Source: a virus. Taken from it: a DNA stretch of 64,000 nt. The first letter of the stretch is position 1, and each line of letters starts with the position of its first letter. Where the stretch lies: IMG/VR virus record IMGVR_UViG_3300050821_002231, positions 1 through 64,000 of that record; one strand, given 5' to 3'. Made by a program: the position numbers and the translations under genes. Below, piece after piece: positions 1 through 10,842 of this stretch. The notes below the pieces were generated by a model. It had not been told where the DNA came from. It searched no databases and saw nothing but the letters and a program-made list of their open reading frames with translations.

Positions 1-82
1 GAATTCCGCGATTTAGAGCGGCACTGTCTTGAAATCGAGAGCAAACTTCTAACATATGTCAGATTAGACGGAGATTCTTTGC

Positions 83-691
83 GTGCGTGAAGCGACCTGG
101 CCATTTCCGATTTGCTTTGACGAAGAAAATCATCTCTACAGCCGCAATGGAGTCACCTACCGCAGCGTGACCCAAGTCATTGCAGAGGCAGGCTGGTGCG
201 ATTTTTCTTTTGTCGAAGAGGATCTTCGGATTCATTCCATGAAGCGCGGGAAGTCTGTGCATTGGTTGCTTCAATGCGAAGACCAGGGCGCGTTGAATTA
301 CCGCACGGTGCCAGCGGCCTTGCGAGGCTACCGGAGAGCTTGGTTGGCTTGGAAGAAAGCCAGCGGATTTATTCCCGAACTGATCGAGTGGAGATTTATT
401 TCGGAGTTCGGATTCGCCGGCACGATCGACAGGTTTGGAAGTTTGCCAGCAACCGAATCTTACAAGACGGAGACGAAGGCTGTGATTGATCTTAAAAGCG
501 GGCCAATCGGAGATTGGGTTAAATTCCAGACTTGTGCCTATGCGCTCGGCGTCGAGCCGCGGCTTGCTCTGGCGCGGCGCATTCGGAGGATCGGCGTCGA
601 ACTCCGCAGGGACGGGACGTACAGCACGAGGGAATTTCCGCTGATGACGTTCGATTCGGACATCTCAAAGTTCATGAAGGCAGTGCGATGA
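83..691 (+). CDS. PD-(D/E)XK exonuclease (Cas4/RecB-like phage nuclease)
   Basis: SVTQVI..., RGKSVH, FAGTIDR, VIDLKSG and Q..AY motifs. Confidence 0.75.
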   Translation: MREATWPFPICFDEENHLYSRNGVTYRSVTQVIAEAGWCDFSFVEEDLRIHSMKRGKSVHWLLQCEDQGALNYRTVPAALRGYRRAWLAWKKASGFIPELIEWRFISEFGFAGTIDRFGSLPATESYKTETKAVIDLKSGPIGDWVKFQTCAYALGVEPRLALARRIRRIGVELRRDGTYSTREFPLMTFDSDISKFMKAVR

Positions 692-875
692 GAAGGTTGT
701 TGTGCCGCTGGCTGGCATTCATCTGTTTGGCTTGCGTGATGGCCTCGCTCCTCCACGAGAGCAGCAGTGGCAGTGATGCAGGATGGTTTGCATTGGAGTT
801 GGTATTTTCATTAGCGGCAGCAGTATGTTGGGAAGTAGCAGAAATTAAAAGATAGGAAGTAGGAAGGAACGAGGC

Positions 876-1109
876 ATGGAACATCAGAAAGTAATTAGCG
901 TAAAGAACTTGCCAACTAGAGCGCCGACAACCGTGACAGTTTTGGCCGCGCTTGTTTTGGATCGCCTAAAGGCTCCTGGTTGGGTGGCGGGTGCGGTCTG
1001 GACTGTGATAGCAATTCTTTGGATTGCTACGGTCGTCGCATGGTTGCGAGAGGATTATGTCGAACTGAAGGAGTTGCAGAAGGAAAGGAACATGTCATGC
1101 CCGAAGTAA
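876..1109 (+). CDS. Small membrane protein
   Basis: Two hydrophobic segments; GAGG RBS; overlaps next gene start. Confidence 0.55.
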   Translation: MEHQKVISVKNLPTRAPTTVTVLAALVLDRLKAPGWVAGAVWTVIAILWIATVVAWLREDYVELKELQKERNMSCPK

Positions 1110-1789
1110 TCGCCAAGCAGGAAGAGGAGTTGACCCAGCAGGCGCTAACGATTGTCGAACGCGCACAACTTGTGAGGATCGTAGATCAGCCGACCTATGA
1201 TCTGGCGACGACGCTTTTGCTAACGGAAATCAAACCGTTACGGAAACGCTGGACCGACTATTGGGATGAAGTCAAGCGCCCCTTGCGGAAGGCGGTGGAT
1301 GCGGTCCAAGCCAAGTTCAATGCGGGTGACGGACCGCTGGAGAATGCGGAGCGGCAGATTAAGGGCGAGATCAATCGCTGGGATGCTGAACAGCAGCGCA
1401 TCCAACAAGAACGGCAGCGCGCCGCTCAGGAGTTGGCGGATAGAGAGGCCGAAGAGGAACGGAACCGCGCTGCCATCGTCGCAGAAGAGGCAGGTGCTAC
1501 AGCAGAGGAAGTGCAGGCCATTGCAGAGGCGCCTACGCTGGCGATTGCACCGCCTGTGCCGATGACCTACCAGAAAGCGAGCGGCGTCAGCAAGCGTGAC
1601 AACTGGAAAGGCCGAGTCGTTGACATCAAAAAGTTATGTCTGGCAATTGCGAAAGGGCAGGTGCCAGCGAACTACGTTCTACCAAATGAGGCTGCGATTA
1701 ACGCACGTGCGAAGGCTGACAAAAATACACTGAACGTTCCAGGCGTCGTGGCCTACAACGAACCCATCATTTCAGGCCGACCGCGATGA
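1097..1789 (+). CDS. Phage recombination-module coiled-coil protein (Gp157/Gam-like)
   Basis: Coiled coil plus C-terminal GVS.R..W...V.D...VP..Y..PNE.AI...VPGV signature; start chosen at ATG 1097 after AGGA RBS. Confidence 0.55.
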   Translation: MPEVIAKQEEELTQQALTIVERAQLVRIVDQPTYDLATTLLLTEIKPLRKRWTDYWDEVKRPLRKAVDAVQAKFNAGDGPLENAERQIKGEINRWDAEQQRIQQERQRAAQELADREAEEERNRAAIVAEEAGATAEEVQAIAEAPTLAIAPPVPMTYQKASGVSKRDNWKGRVVDIKKLCLAIAKGQVPANYVLPNEAAINARAKADKNTLNVPGVVAYNEPIISGRPR

Positions 1790-2009
1790 CGTATCATCCC
1801 CTTGCGAACGACACAGGCCAGACTCCAGAGTGCCGCACGCAAGAAGCGCAAGACCTGATTGGAATGTTGCGGCCCTGCATGGACGACATGACGCTCAAGG
1901 AGCAGCGGTTCGTCAACGAAACGATAGAGAGGTTCGCGGAGTATGGAGTGCGGACTATCGTGAGCGTGAAACAATTGTTCTACTTACGTGACATTCGCGA
2001 TAAATACCT

Positions 2010-2038
2010 TTGACATCTCCGCGATTCACTAGTATTCT
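2010..2038 (+). promoter_or_regulatory. Sigma70 promoter with ATTCACTAGTA box
   Basis: TTGACA-17-TATTCT. Confidence 0.8.
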
Positions 2039-2044
2039 ATTGTC

Positions 2045-2476
2045 ATGCCATACGATTTTAATGACATCAAGAGCAGTATTGCATTCATAGAGGCCGAAGG
2101 TCTCAACTGCACAGTCTTGGTGCCAAAGCCGAACCAACTGTTTATCGACTGCGACGACCTTGAGGGAAATAACTGGTTCAACATGAACATCGGCAAGGTG
2201 GATGAGCAGGTTGGGCCACTTGAAATAGAATGGCTCCCGAGTCCATCGGGAACGCTGCATCATCATCACATCGTCGTTACCTGTTCTCGTGACCTGACAG
2301 ATATTGAGCGTATCGCGATGCAAGCATTTCTTGGCTCCGACCGGAAACGCGAGGCGCTTTCATGGGTGCGATTGGTCAATGGCGATCCGCAGCCGACGCT
2401 GTTTTATCAGAAGAAACCCGAACTACTGGAGGCTGCAAAGCCAGTTGGACTATTGGAGCAAGGAGATTCGCTATGA
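2045..2476 (+). CDS. Hypothetical phage protein (first gene after promoter 2010)
   Basis: 143-aa ORF with LFIDCD and SPSG..HH.V motifs, directly after a sigma70 promoter. Confidence 0.6.
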   Translation: MPYDFNDIKSSIAFIEAEGLNCTVLVPKPNQLFIDCDDLEGNNWFNMNIGKVDEQVGPLEIEWLPSPSGTLHHHHIVVTCSRDLTDIERIAMQAFLGSDRKREALSWVRLVNGDPQPTLFYQKKPELLEAAKPVGLLEQGDSL

Positions 2477-4026
2477 TTCGTGGCATCACGGTGACAGAGG
2501 ACGGCACGCAAATTCAGCGCTTGGCAGTCAGCACGAAAATTGCAATAGGGCTGCCGCCTAATCCGGCAGAGGGAAAGAAAGCGCATCCGACAAAGCTGGA
2601 CCATTTCATTTTTCTACGTAAGTCCACTGTCGAGCAAAACAGGTGGGAGATTGATCCCGAGTTAACGAAACTCTTCGGCGCGAAGTGCAAGAGCGTGGAG
2701 ATCGTGTTGCTTGACGATGACGTTGAGAATGTGTTCCCAACGAAGTTGGCGTGGTTTACGCAGTCGGCTTGTAAGTGCTTCGGCAATGGGATCACTGCAA
2801 CCAGGCGCACTGAGAAACACCCCGAAGGCGAACCTTGGACGCCGTGCGGGCCATCCTGCCCAGACCTTGAGCGGGGCGACTGTCGGGCGAGCGGTGATTT
2901 GCGTTTCATGCTGGCGGCGATGCCAAAGCTGGGTTCTGTGGTCAGGATTCACACAAGTTCTATTCGCAGCATTCAACAAATATCCTCCAGTCTCCAGCAG
3001 ATTCAAACTCTGCTCGGGGGAAGATTGGCTGGCATTCGTTGCAATTTGGTTGTCAGGCCGGAAAAAACGAGTTTCATGGGAGAGGACCAGAAGCGTCATG
3101 CGACCACGATCCATGCCTTGAACTTAGAGATTCAGTCCGAAGGAATCCACGCTCTGATTAGCAAAATGACGGACCACGCACGCCTATTTGAGCAGACCAA
3201 GAAGCTTCTCGGTGGTGGGCGCATTGAAATAATTGAACCAGACGAGGAGCGGGCACCGGAAATCTCGGCCGAGTTCTATCCAGCGTCGGCTATAGCGCCA
3301 GCGGTCAAGTTCCCCGAGCCAGAGGAAGCGGAAGAAGTTATTCCAGCGCAGAAGCAGCCGAACATGGACGTAATGTGCCAAGAGTGCCGCCAAGTGAACG
3401 GACACAAGCCGGATTGCTTCTACGCGACACAACAGCCTGCTACCTCTGACCGTTCGACGAAGTGCGGCTCTTGTAATGCTCCTCCAAACAAACCCCATGC
3501 GACGACTTGCCCAGAGCGAAATAAGCCTTCTCCGGTCGCGGCGAAGCCCTCAGAACCGACAATTCCCGCTACACAGGAGACCGTACAGCCACAAACAGCC
3601 GCGTCAACCCCTCAGACTACCCCTCAAGCCACAGAAGAGGCTCCTGCGGGGCTACAAACGATGCCTTTGCAGGTTCTAGGCTTGGCTGTCAAAGAGAAGC
3701 CGATCAAAAAGAACGGGAAACTGACTGGCGAGAAGCAATCTTATCGTGTGCTCACCGTCCTTGACAGCGAAAACCTGCAATGGTCACTCTACGCATGGGA
3801 CACAAAACATTTTGAGTTCTTAGATCCGATTCCGGCAAAGACGAACTGCATTTTTCAGGTCAGCAAATCGAAGTCCGGTGACACGGTGTTCTACTCAATC
3901 GAGCACATCGTGGAAACGGGAGGGTTGAAGTTTGTTGACGACAAGCCAGTGATCGAGGGCGAAGTAGTAGAAGCGGAAGATGAGGATATGTCGCTATTTG
4001 ACGAGCCGACGCCGGAGGGAGAATAG
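2473..4026 (+). CDS. Recombination directionality factor-like (phiC31 gp3-like) protein with Cys/His zinc motifs and acidic tail
   Basis: KIAIG...PTKLDHF, C.G.G, C..C...C...G.L.F.L, HTSS..S motifs; AGGAG RBS at start 2473. Confidence 0.65.
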   Translation: MIRGITVTEDGTQIQRLAVSTKIAIGLPPNPAEGKKAHPTKLDHFIFLRKSTVEQNRWEIDPELTKLFGAKCKSVEIVLLDDDVENVFPTKLAWFTQSACKCFGNGITATRRTEKHPEGEPWTPCGPSCPDLERGDCRASGDLRFMLAAMPKLGSVVRIHTSSIRSIQQISSSLQQIQTLLGGRLAGIRCNLVVRPEKTSFMGEDQKRHATTIHALNLEIQSEGIHALISKMTDHARLFEQTKKLLGGGRIEIIEPDEERAPEISAEFYPASAIAPAVKFPEPEEAEEVIPAQKQPNMDVMCQECRQVNGHKPDCFYATQQPATSDRSTKCGSCNAPPNKPHATTCPERNKPSPVAAKPSEPTIPATQETVQPQTAASTPQTTPQATEEAPAGLQTMPLQVLGLAVKEKPIKKNGKLTGEKQSYRVLTVLDSENLQWSLYAWDTKHFEFLDPIPAKTNCIFQVSKSKSGDTVFYSIEHIVETGGLKFVDDKPVIEGEVVEAEDEDMSLFDEPTPEGE

Positions 4027-4060
4027 GTTCAAAGCCTACACCGGGTGGAAGCATTCGGTT

Positions 4061-4552
4061 ATGACAGACGAAGAATTCGTAAAATCGCTACATCCTCTAG
4101 CTTCGTGCTTTGAGACGACGATCTTCTGGCCCGGTACTGGCCCAGCACGTCGAAGAACGCTGGTAACGCTGTCTCCATTTAAGAGCATGAGCGAAGGCTC
4201 TGGAGATACCGCCGCAGAAGCATGGTCGGCGGCAGCACGAAGTCTTAGATGGAAAGCCGACTTGAAGGCAGTGAAAGACGCTTTCGCAAAACTGGCAGAG
4301 ATCAATTCATGGGCAGAGTTCAAGGCAAAGTTTGCCGAGCACGCGGCGGCTCCTATGCTGCCACTCACCCCTCGCGAACTGGAAATTTTGCAATGGCTTT
4401 CCGAAGGCAAGAACTGTAGCGAGATCGCAACGATTCTGGGTACGGCGCACTCAACAGTTTCGCATCAAGCGAACATGATGCAACACAAATTGGAGGCGGT
4501 CACAGCGGCCCAGGCTGTGGCAGAAGGGTTCAGGAAAGGATTGCTGAAGTGA
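4061..4552 (+). CDS. LuxR C-terminal HTH transcriptional regulator
   Basis: LTPRELEILQWLSEGKNCSEIATILG...TV..Q...KL. Confidence 0.85.
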   Translation: MTDEEFVKSLHPLASCFETTIFWPGTGPARRRTLVTLSPFKSMSEGSGDTAAEAWSAAARSLRWKADLKAVKDAFAKLAEINSWAEFKAKFAEHAAAPMLPLTPRELEILQWLSEGKNCSEIATILGTAHSTVSHQANMMQHKLEAVTAAQAVAEGFRKGLLK

Positions 4553-5487
4553 CTGAGTTGACGAATGCCGTAAGGGAATTTGTTGCGAGTGAAGGAGTAC
4601 CAGCAAACCGACGATTAGTCTCCGAGGAGATCACAGAGAAGGCGATGCTCCTTGCCATCGAAGAGACAAGGGCGCTTTGCTTGGAATTTCCAAATCGAGA
4701 GATGACCGCCGCTACGAACAATTGGGAAATAGGTAAGCGCATCGTGAAACGCCTAGAGTTGATGAAAGTGTCAAAGGAAGTGCGATGAAAAAATCAGATA
4801 CATGGCCCTACTGGATCGAAGAGGACGCACACGGAGCGACGTTGAAATTCAACGGGACGAAGGTGCTCCATGTTCCGATTCGATTCAGCGAAGGTGGCGA
4901 GTACGAGTTCGGGTTGCGGCATCTTCACGAACTGGTAAAGGCCGCACAAGTCACCAACGGCCAGCATGTCACGCTCAAGGAATCTGGTCATAACATTGTC
5001 GGGAGTATGCCGCGGAACACCGCAGCCGATCATCTGCACAGTTACGATGTCACGGACGTAGTGGAAGGCAACAGTGTGTGCGACGCCCTGGTGAAACTTG
5101 CCGAGCAATTGAAGCGGGAAGGGCGCGACTATACGGCAGATGTCTATCGCACAGGGTACGCCTGAGACCGCATTTCGCACAGTATTCATCAGCTTTTTCG
5201 CATTCTCCACAAGTTCTGCACAGCAGGAAACCGATTCGCTAATGCGGATGCTGTGAATTTGTTGTACAGTTCAGGCTTGCAAGAACCAGAGGTTGTGCGG
5301 TAGATTGTTCGTAGGATTCCGGGCTGGCGCGCTGGACAAATCTTAGCCGGTTCGCCAGCCCCAGCCCGAGCAATCCCAAAAGGAACCGGCTAACTTGAAA
5401 TCCAAAAAACATCGGCGTGTGCGCCGCGCATGGCTTTTCTGCTTTGACGCGGATTGGCACCTATGGGATGAACTCAGGGGGATATAG

Positions 5488-6051
5488 GTGATTCAGTTTT
5501 TGGTCGAGGCTATGGAGTTGCGGATTCCGACTGAAGAGAAGTTTTTGGCAGTCTGTATTTCCGACCGAGCAGGTACAGATGGTGTGTTTACCTTCTCGCA
5601 GGAACAGTTGTCCAGAGACACTTCCATGTCCGCTGAAAGACTCGGTAGTGCAATGGACTGGCTTATTGAGCACGGAATTGTTGAGTTAACCTTCCAGTTC
5701 ATTGACGATATTCGATACCAACAGGAGCGCAGATATCGCCTACTTCTTCCTAGCACTGAAACTCCCCGGTACCCAAATTTTACCAACTGCCCAAGTAAGT
5801 TGCGCGATGCAGTAATCCTCAATTTTGCCGAAATTTGTAGTTATTGCGATGGTCGTGGCGACAGCACAGTCGGACCAGACGGCGCTCCTTGGAGTGTTGA
5901 CAGAATAATTCCAGGTGCTCATGGCGGCCTCTATGTAGCAGGTAATGTTACGCTGGCGTGTAAATCATGTAACTCTTCCAAGGGTTCAAAGGTCGGCCTA
6001 ACCGCGCGGAGTTTAGCGACCGTTATCGAAGAGTCTGAGTTGGTATTATGA
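5488..6051 (+). CDS. HTH + HNH endonuclease-like protein
   Basis: CSYC...VDRIIP..HGG....NV..ACKSCNSSKG; the usual DH is DR, so activity is uncertain. Confidence 0.75.
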   Translation: MIQFLVEAMELRIPTEEKFLAVCISDRAGTDGVFTFSQEQLSRDTSMSAERLGSAMDWLIEHGIVELTFQFIDDIRYQQERRYRLLLPSTETPRYPNFTNCPSKLRDAVILNFAEICSYCDGRGDSTVGPDGAPWSVDRIIPGAHGGLYVAGNVTLACKSCNSSKGSKVGLTARSLATVIEESELVL

Positions 6052-6911
6052 GATTAGGTTTTCCTTTTGTTCCATTCCCGCGTGAAATCTGGGAGAAGGA
6101 CATTGATCTCTCGAAGGCAGAGTTTCGTCTTCTAGGATGGTTCCTAGCCGGACTCAGGTTAGGGGTTCAGCAGGACGGTTTTACGGATGAGGAAATACTG
6201 TCCGGCAATAATCGGATGCCTTCGGTTGGACTTAGCCGGAACGCTATGAAAGAAGCGCGGGATGGATTGACTAAGAAAGGCATGTTGAAGTGCGACAAAA
6301 TCCATTATCACGGGCGCTGGACCTACACTCTTCCAATCATCGACAATCTGTCGGAAAATGACACATCATCTGTCACGGACCGACAGTCTAAGTGTCAAAC
6401 TTCGCCAGATGATCTGTCAGAAGTTGACAGTGTAATAAGGAAAGAGAGAACTACAGATAAAACCGTAGAGAAAAAGAAGCGCACCTGCACCTTGCCAGAG
6501 GATTTTCAGCCGAGTGAATCGAATCGAGCACATGCATTAAGGGAAGGTGTTGATCTTGATAGGGCACTCACCAAATTTAAGGCAAACCATCGGTCTAAGG
6601 GATCACGGTTTGTGGACTGGCATGATGCTCTCACGACCTGGATTCTACGGGACGCCGATTACGGGAAAAGCAACGGAAAAGGAAACGGTGTAGATCGACA
6701 TGAACAACAAATCAACCACCTCCGCGCAACACGCGCAGCAGCCCATGAAATACTTCGACGAAGAGAAGAGGCCGATCAGCAGAACACGATGGATTACGGA
6801 CCACCTTCTGCTGACGTACGCGTCGATGAGCAAGCCGGAGCCGAACCCGGCAGTCGTAGCGACGATGGCTCAGGATCTAGCCAGCGAGTTGTCCGACGAA
6901 CAACTGCTTAG
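6048..6911 (+). CDS. Phage replication initiator (lambda O-like; DnaT-like C-terminal domain)
   Basis: N-terminal HTH-like region, internal iterons, LPEDFQP...F......KG....DW..A..TW motif. Confidence 0.75.
   Translation: MRLGFPFVPFPREIWEKDIDLSKAEFRLLGWFLAGLRLGVQQDGFTDEEILSGNNRMPSVGLSRNAMKEARDGLTKKGMLKCDKIHYHGRWTYTLPIIDNLSENDTSSVTDRQSKCQTSPDDLSEVDSVIRKERTTDKTVEKKKRTCTLPEDFQPSESNRAHALREGVDLDRALTKFKANHRSKGSRFVDWHDALTTWILRDADYGKSNGKGNGVDRHEQQINHLRATRAAAHEILRRREEADQQNTMDYGPPSADVRVDEQAGAEPGSRSDDGSGSSQRVVRRTTA
6348..6480. repeat. Putative replication origin: four 17-bp iterons (TGTC-N7-GACA core) at 22-bp spacing plus A-rich tract
   Basis: ctgtcggaaaatgacac 6348, ctgtcacggaccgacag 6370, gtgtcaaacttcgccag 6392, ctgtcagaagttgacag 6414, all inside the initiator gene. 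Confidence 0.75.
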
Positions 6912-7554
6912 AGGGTTGGCGCGGCTACGGAAGGAACGCGAGTGGGTCAGCATCAAGGCCATCATCGAACTGTCCGGCGCAACGGAAGAAGATGGCCGAC
7001 CTGGAGTCGAGGCAGCATGGGCAATGTGCCCGAAGACGGAAGAGGCTTCGGTCGTGTGGACTGAGGAGATGATGGAGGCCTTCGGGTTGTGCCGGCCGCT
7101 GCTGATGTCGGGAGATGAGATTGGCGCACGGATGGTATTCAAGGAAAACTATCCGGCATTCGTGAGCAGAAACCGAGTGAGCCATATTCCGGTACGGTGG
7201 ACTGTTTCGCTGGGATGGGATCAAAGCGACCGCGTGCGGGCCTTGTCGGAGGCAATTCAGAAAAAGCGCATTCCGCCAAAGCAGGCACTTGAATTGCTGG
7301 GCGGTGAGCAGCGCGAGGAATTGCTTTTGCAACTGCCTGTGCCTGAGCGGAAACTTCTGACTGGCGAAGCCGAGCCTAACACTGCGATGCTGAACGGAAT
7401 GCAGAAAACGCTACTTACACTCAAAGAGCAAGTCAAGATGCCTGAGCCTCTTCCGATTCGCAAGGAGCCTAGCGAGGAAGAAAGAGCAGCGCACGCAAAG
7501 CGGGTTCGGGAACAGGCGGCGCAAATAAAGGCGCGGACGGAGAAAGCATCGTGA
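6745..7554 (+). CDS. Replication protein P-like / helicase loader partner
   Basis: Overlaps 3' end of initiator; DGRPG.E.AW, SVVWT.E...A, ARM.FKE.Y, W.VSLGWD motifs. Confidence 0.6.
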   Translation: MKYFDEEKRPISRTRWITDHLLLTYASMSKPEPNPAVVATMAQDLASELSDEQLLRGLARLRKEREWVSIKAIIELSGATEEDGRPGVEAAWAMCPKTEEASVVWTEEMMEAFGLCRPLLMSGDEIGARMVFKENYPAFVSRNRVSHIPVRWTVSLGWDQSDRVRALSEAIQKKRIPPKQALELLGGEQREELLLQLPVPERKLLTGEAEPNTAMLNGMQKTLLTLKEQVKMPEPLPIRKEPSEEERAAHAKRVREQAAQIKARTEKAS

Positions 7555-8180
7555 GTCCGCAAGACTACATTGCAGCTGCAAGAGTTCCTGATCGACTGAC
7601 GCCACAATCGTTTGGACCGTGGACGATCAAGCGCGTGTCGCTGAAGGATCATCCGAAACTATCTGGCTTCCTAGCCCTGGACTTCCTCAGCAAAGTTGGC
7701 TTTCGCGACTACACGCTCTTGCTCCGGCACACATATGCCACGCTCCACTTAGCGGACGGCGAGGTTGTGATGGAAGATTCCCAACGCGAATTACAGAAAC
7801 ATCTTCCGATATGGCTTCGCGCAAAAGGTCACGTCTTGGTCACGGGGTTGGGCCTAGGCTGTGTCGTTCGTGGCTTACTAGCTTCGTCAGCAGTTGAGCA
7901 AATTACCGTAGTCGAAATTGACGCGAACATTCTGCGAGTCGTAGGCCATGAGTTTAATGCGAACCCGCGCGTACGATTGATTCACGGCGATGCGTTCAAG
8001 GTTCAATTGCGAGAAAAGTTCGAAGCGGCATGGCATGACCTTTGGACCGATGGAGATGTTCATTTATCGGTACTACATGCGAAACTCCTAGCGCAGTTTC
8101 GACCACAGTGTAAAGTGCAAGGTGCTTGGAATCTTCCACGGTACTTCAAGCGACAGATGCCAGAGTGGGTACTGCGCTAA
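7551..8180 (+). CDS. Class I SAM-dependent methyltransferase (spermidine-synthase-like fold)
   Basis: VLVTGLGLG, ITVVEID, HGDAF, WHDLW. Confidence 0.75.
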   Translation: MSPQDYIAAARVPDRLTPQSFGPWTIKRVSLKDHPKLSGFLALDFLSKVGFRDYTLLLRHTYATLHLADGEVVMEDSQRELQKHLPIWLRAKGHVLVTGLGLGCVVRGLLASSAVEQITVVEIDANILRVVGHEFNANPRVRLIHGDAFKVQLREKFEAAWHDLWTDGDVHLSVLHAKLLAQFRPQCKVQGAWNLPRYFKRQMPEWVLR

Positions 8181-8985
8181 CGGAGAAAAACAAAGTGAAC
8201 GACAGAGATCACGCAAAGAAATCCAAAGAGCCAGCGATGCACGTTATGCAATTCGGGAGTGGTTGCGTCTACGCGGAGCCGGTCGCAGGGAATTCTGTTT
8301 CCCCTACGTCAGCCAAGTCCAAACGACTTCGTACGGCGATATTCGGCTCGCGAGTAGAAGTGGTTGAGATAAAACTTGATCGCAATCCCGTCACGCGATT
8401 GCCCGGTGCCGGGAAAATGGTTCGCATCGAAGTAGGTCCCGATGGACTTCCGCCGGGCACGAGAACCTTCCGCCATGAATGGGAAAAGCCCGATTGGATG
8501 AAGCGCATTGCAGCACGATTTAAGCCGAGACATAGTGGAGGTCGCGGCTGAGATGGCTTGTGCGGCGATCTTCAGTTGCAATCACTGCGGCACCATACGG
8601 GCAGCGGGAGAATTTTCAGGTCACCGTTCGGGCATGTGGGATGGAGCAATGAATTGTGCAACCTGTAAAACAAAGCAGAAGCATACGTTCGTGAAATACA
8701 TTTGGCACGATACGAACCCGGAAGAGTGGGCGAGATATGCGAGGGCTGCATGATCCTGCGAAGAGAGGAAAGCACGGAAGAGTTTATGGAGCGTCGATTG
8801 ACGGCTGGCAAATTGTTTCTTGAATACGCTGGCGACGGCTCTGGTGCGGGAATGTATGCACTGCACGATATGCGGTCGCAGTGGGCCAATCCCTTTCCGC
8901 TCGGATTATTCCAGTCCATTCCTGAAGCAGTAGAGTGGATCAGTGCGAACGGGGATTATCTGCGGCGCACGGATACGAGGAGCGC

Positions 8986-9714
8986 ATGAAAGAGACGCCG
9001 ATCATCATGTCAGGGGATCACCCGGCGAAGATACTCGCAGGAGTCAAGACGCAGACGCGGCGCATCCTTGCCCCACAGCCAGAGCATTCTAAATTTGCGG
9101 AGGAATATAAAGACAATCGAACCGTTCCGTACACGATCTGGCAATTCAGTGATTCACCGATAGGAACAGAACATGCCGGATTCACAATGGTCCGCTGCCC
9201 ATACGGGCGACCAGGAGATCGGCTCTATGTCCGCGAAGCTGGCGTATTGTCCTTGCCATATTCGCCAGATCAAAAAGGCCCGTGGTGGACATTCAAGGAT
9301 GGTAGCCAAAAGAAACAGGCTGGAAGTTACTGGCCAACGCCGAACCCGCGAACGGATGAATGGTGGAAGAAACAGAACCATAAACTGACGCCAAGCATTC
9401 ATATGCCGCGTTGGGCATCCCGAATCTTATTGGAAATAGAAGCCGTGCGCGTGGAGCGGGTGCAGGCAATTAGCGAGGAAGATGCGGTCGCAGAAGGCAT
9501 CCTAAAGAAGTGGGATGACAGCGTGAAAGGGTTGGAAGGCTGGCACTGCATACCGGGCGGTTTCGATACTGCTGTCCGTGCCTATGCATGGCTCTGGGAT
9601 TTGATCAACGCAAAGCGTGACGGCGGAATCTACTCATGGGCTAAAAACCCTTGGGTCTGGGCGCTGATGTTTCGGAGGATAGATGACAGCGAAGCTTCTA
9701 CCTTGGCCGATTAA
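8986..9714 (+). CDS. ASCH/PUA-like phage protein
   Basis: ILAGVKTQTRR, CPYG.PGDRLYVRE, PSIHMPRWASRI.LE, NPWVW. Confidence 0.8.
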   Translation: MKETPIIMSGDHPAKILAGVKTQTRRILAPQPEHSKFAEEYKDNRTVPYTIWQFSDSPIGTEHAGFTMVRCPYGRPGDRLYVREAGVLSLPYSPDQKGPWWTFKDGSQKKQAGSYWPTPNPRTDEWWKKQNHKLTPSIHMPRWASRILLEIEAVRVERVQAISEEDAVAEGILKKWDDSVKGLEGWHCIPGGFDTAVRAYAWLWDLINAKRDGGIYSWAKNPWVWALMFRRIDDSEASTLAD

Positions 9715-10560
9715 GCCGAAGCGCAAGCGCCGCACGAGTGAGCAGGTCATGGCGGAACACTTCGGGATGTCGGTAGCGGAGTGGCGGCGATGGCAGATGG
9801 TACGGGATGCGAAGATAGCGGACGGAACGTGGAACGATGCAGAGCGGGAGAAAGCGTACTACGCGATAATTGAGCAGACGAGTTAGCGCGAATCCGTCCA
9901 CCGGGTGGAGAGATTGAGAAGAGGTTAAACGATGGCTGAGAAAGAATCCTTTGATTTGGAATCGGTTTACGACGCGGAAATAGCGCCGCTAATGACGAAG
10001 ATCATTGAAATCTGCAAGGCGCACAAGTTGCCGATGTTCGCCACGTTTCTCTACGTTAACGATCCGGAAGCCGGAGACGAGGGCGTATGTACTACAAATC
10101 TGATGTTTGGGGACGAACGTCCGGTCCCACAGAAAATCAGAAATCTAGAACCGAGTCTACGCTCCTCAACTGGCGCATTGCGGCTCACGGTCAAAGACAA
10201 AACAGGCGCAATAACTTCAGAAACAGTCATTATGCCCTGAAAGGCGGGAACCATGTTCGGCACGGAAGAGGAAGAGACTCACGAACTCTGTCGCGAAGTA
10301 ATTGCGGAATTGATGCAACGACCAGCGGAACGGTTTTATGCTGGCGAATATACACTGCTGCAAGCGGCGGCTCTTGGGTTTTACGCGCTGGATCAATTAG
10401 TGCTGGAGTGGCTGCTTGACGTGAGGCGATTGACTGACGGCGACCGTCCACTTGAAGGCAATAGCGATTGGGATGCCCGAGGCGGAACAGAACGATGGCC
10501 GGGACATTTCAACTGTATCCGACGGGAGATAGTGTCGCCATCCCATATGCTGAGGATGAT

Positions 10561-10842
10561 ATGAAACTCAAGGCTCGTCAAATCATCTCCGGCTGGCCGC
10601 GCGGCAAAAGTACGAGCGGTCCTGCATCAAAAGAATTGCCATACCACATGAAGCAGCAGCAAATGGTGGATGATTATTTTCACCAATGCTTCGTCAACGC
10701 CTTTGTCGAGAAATGGGGAACGCAAGCATTGGACAGCCGAAACCTTTCGCGTCTTAGCCACTTACGTACGGCGAGTTTAAGCGGCGATGTATTCGCACAA
10801 CTCGCGTGCTGGGCGCATCATCCACTACAGAGGCCAGCATGA
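10561..10842 (+). CDS. Hypothetical protein (MKLKAR paralog 1)
   Basis: GAGG RBS; N-terminus similar to next gene. Confidence 0.5.
   Translation: MKLKARQIISGWPRGKSTSGPASKELPYHMKQQQMVDDYFHQCFVNAFVEKWGTQALDSRNLSRLSHLRTASLSGDVFAQLACWAHHPLQRPA

Noticed and set aside
83-691. Cas4 as part of a CRISPR or spacer-acquisition module
   Set aside because: No Fe-S cysteine cluster or cas context; it sits in the phage recombination module 40 kb from the array
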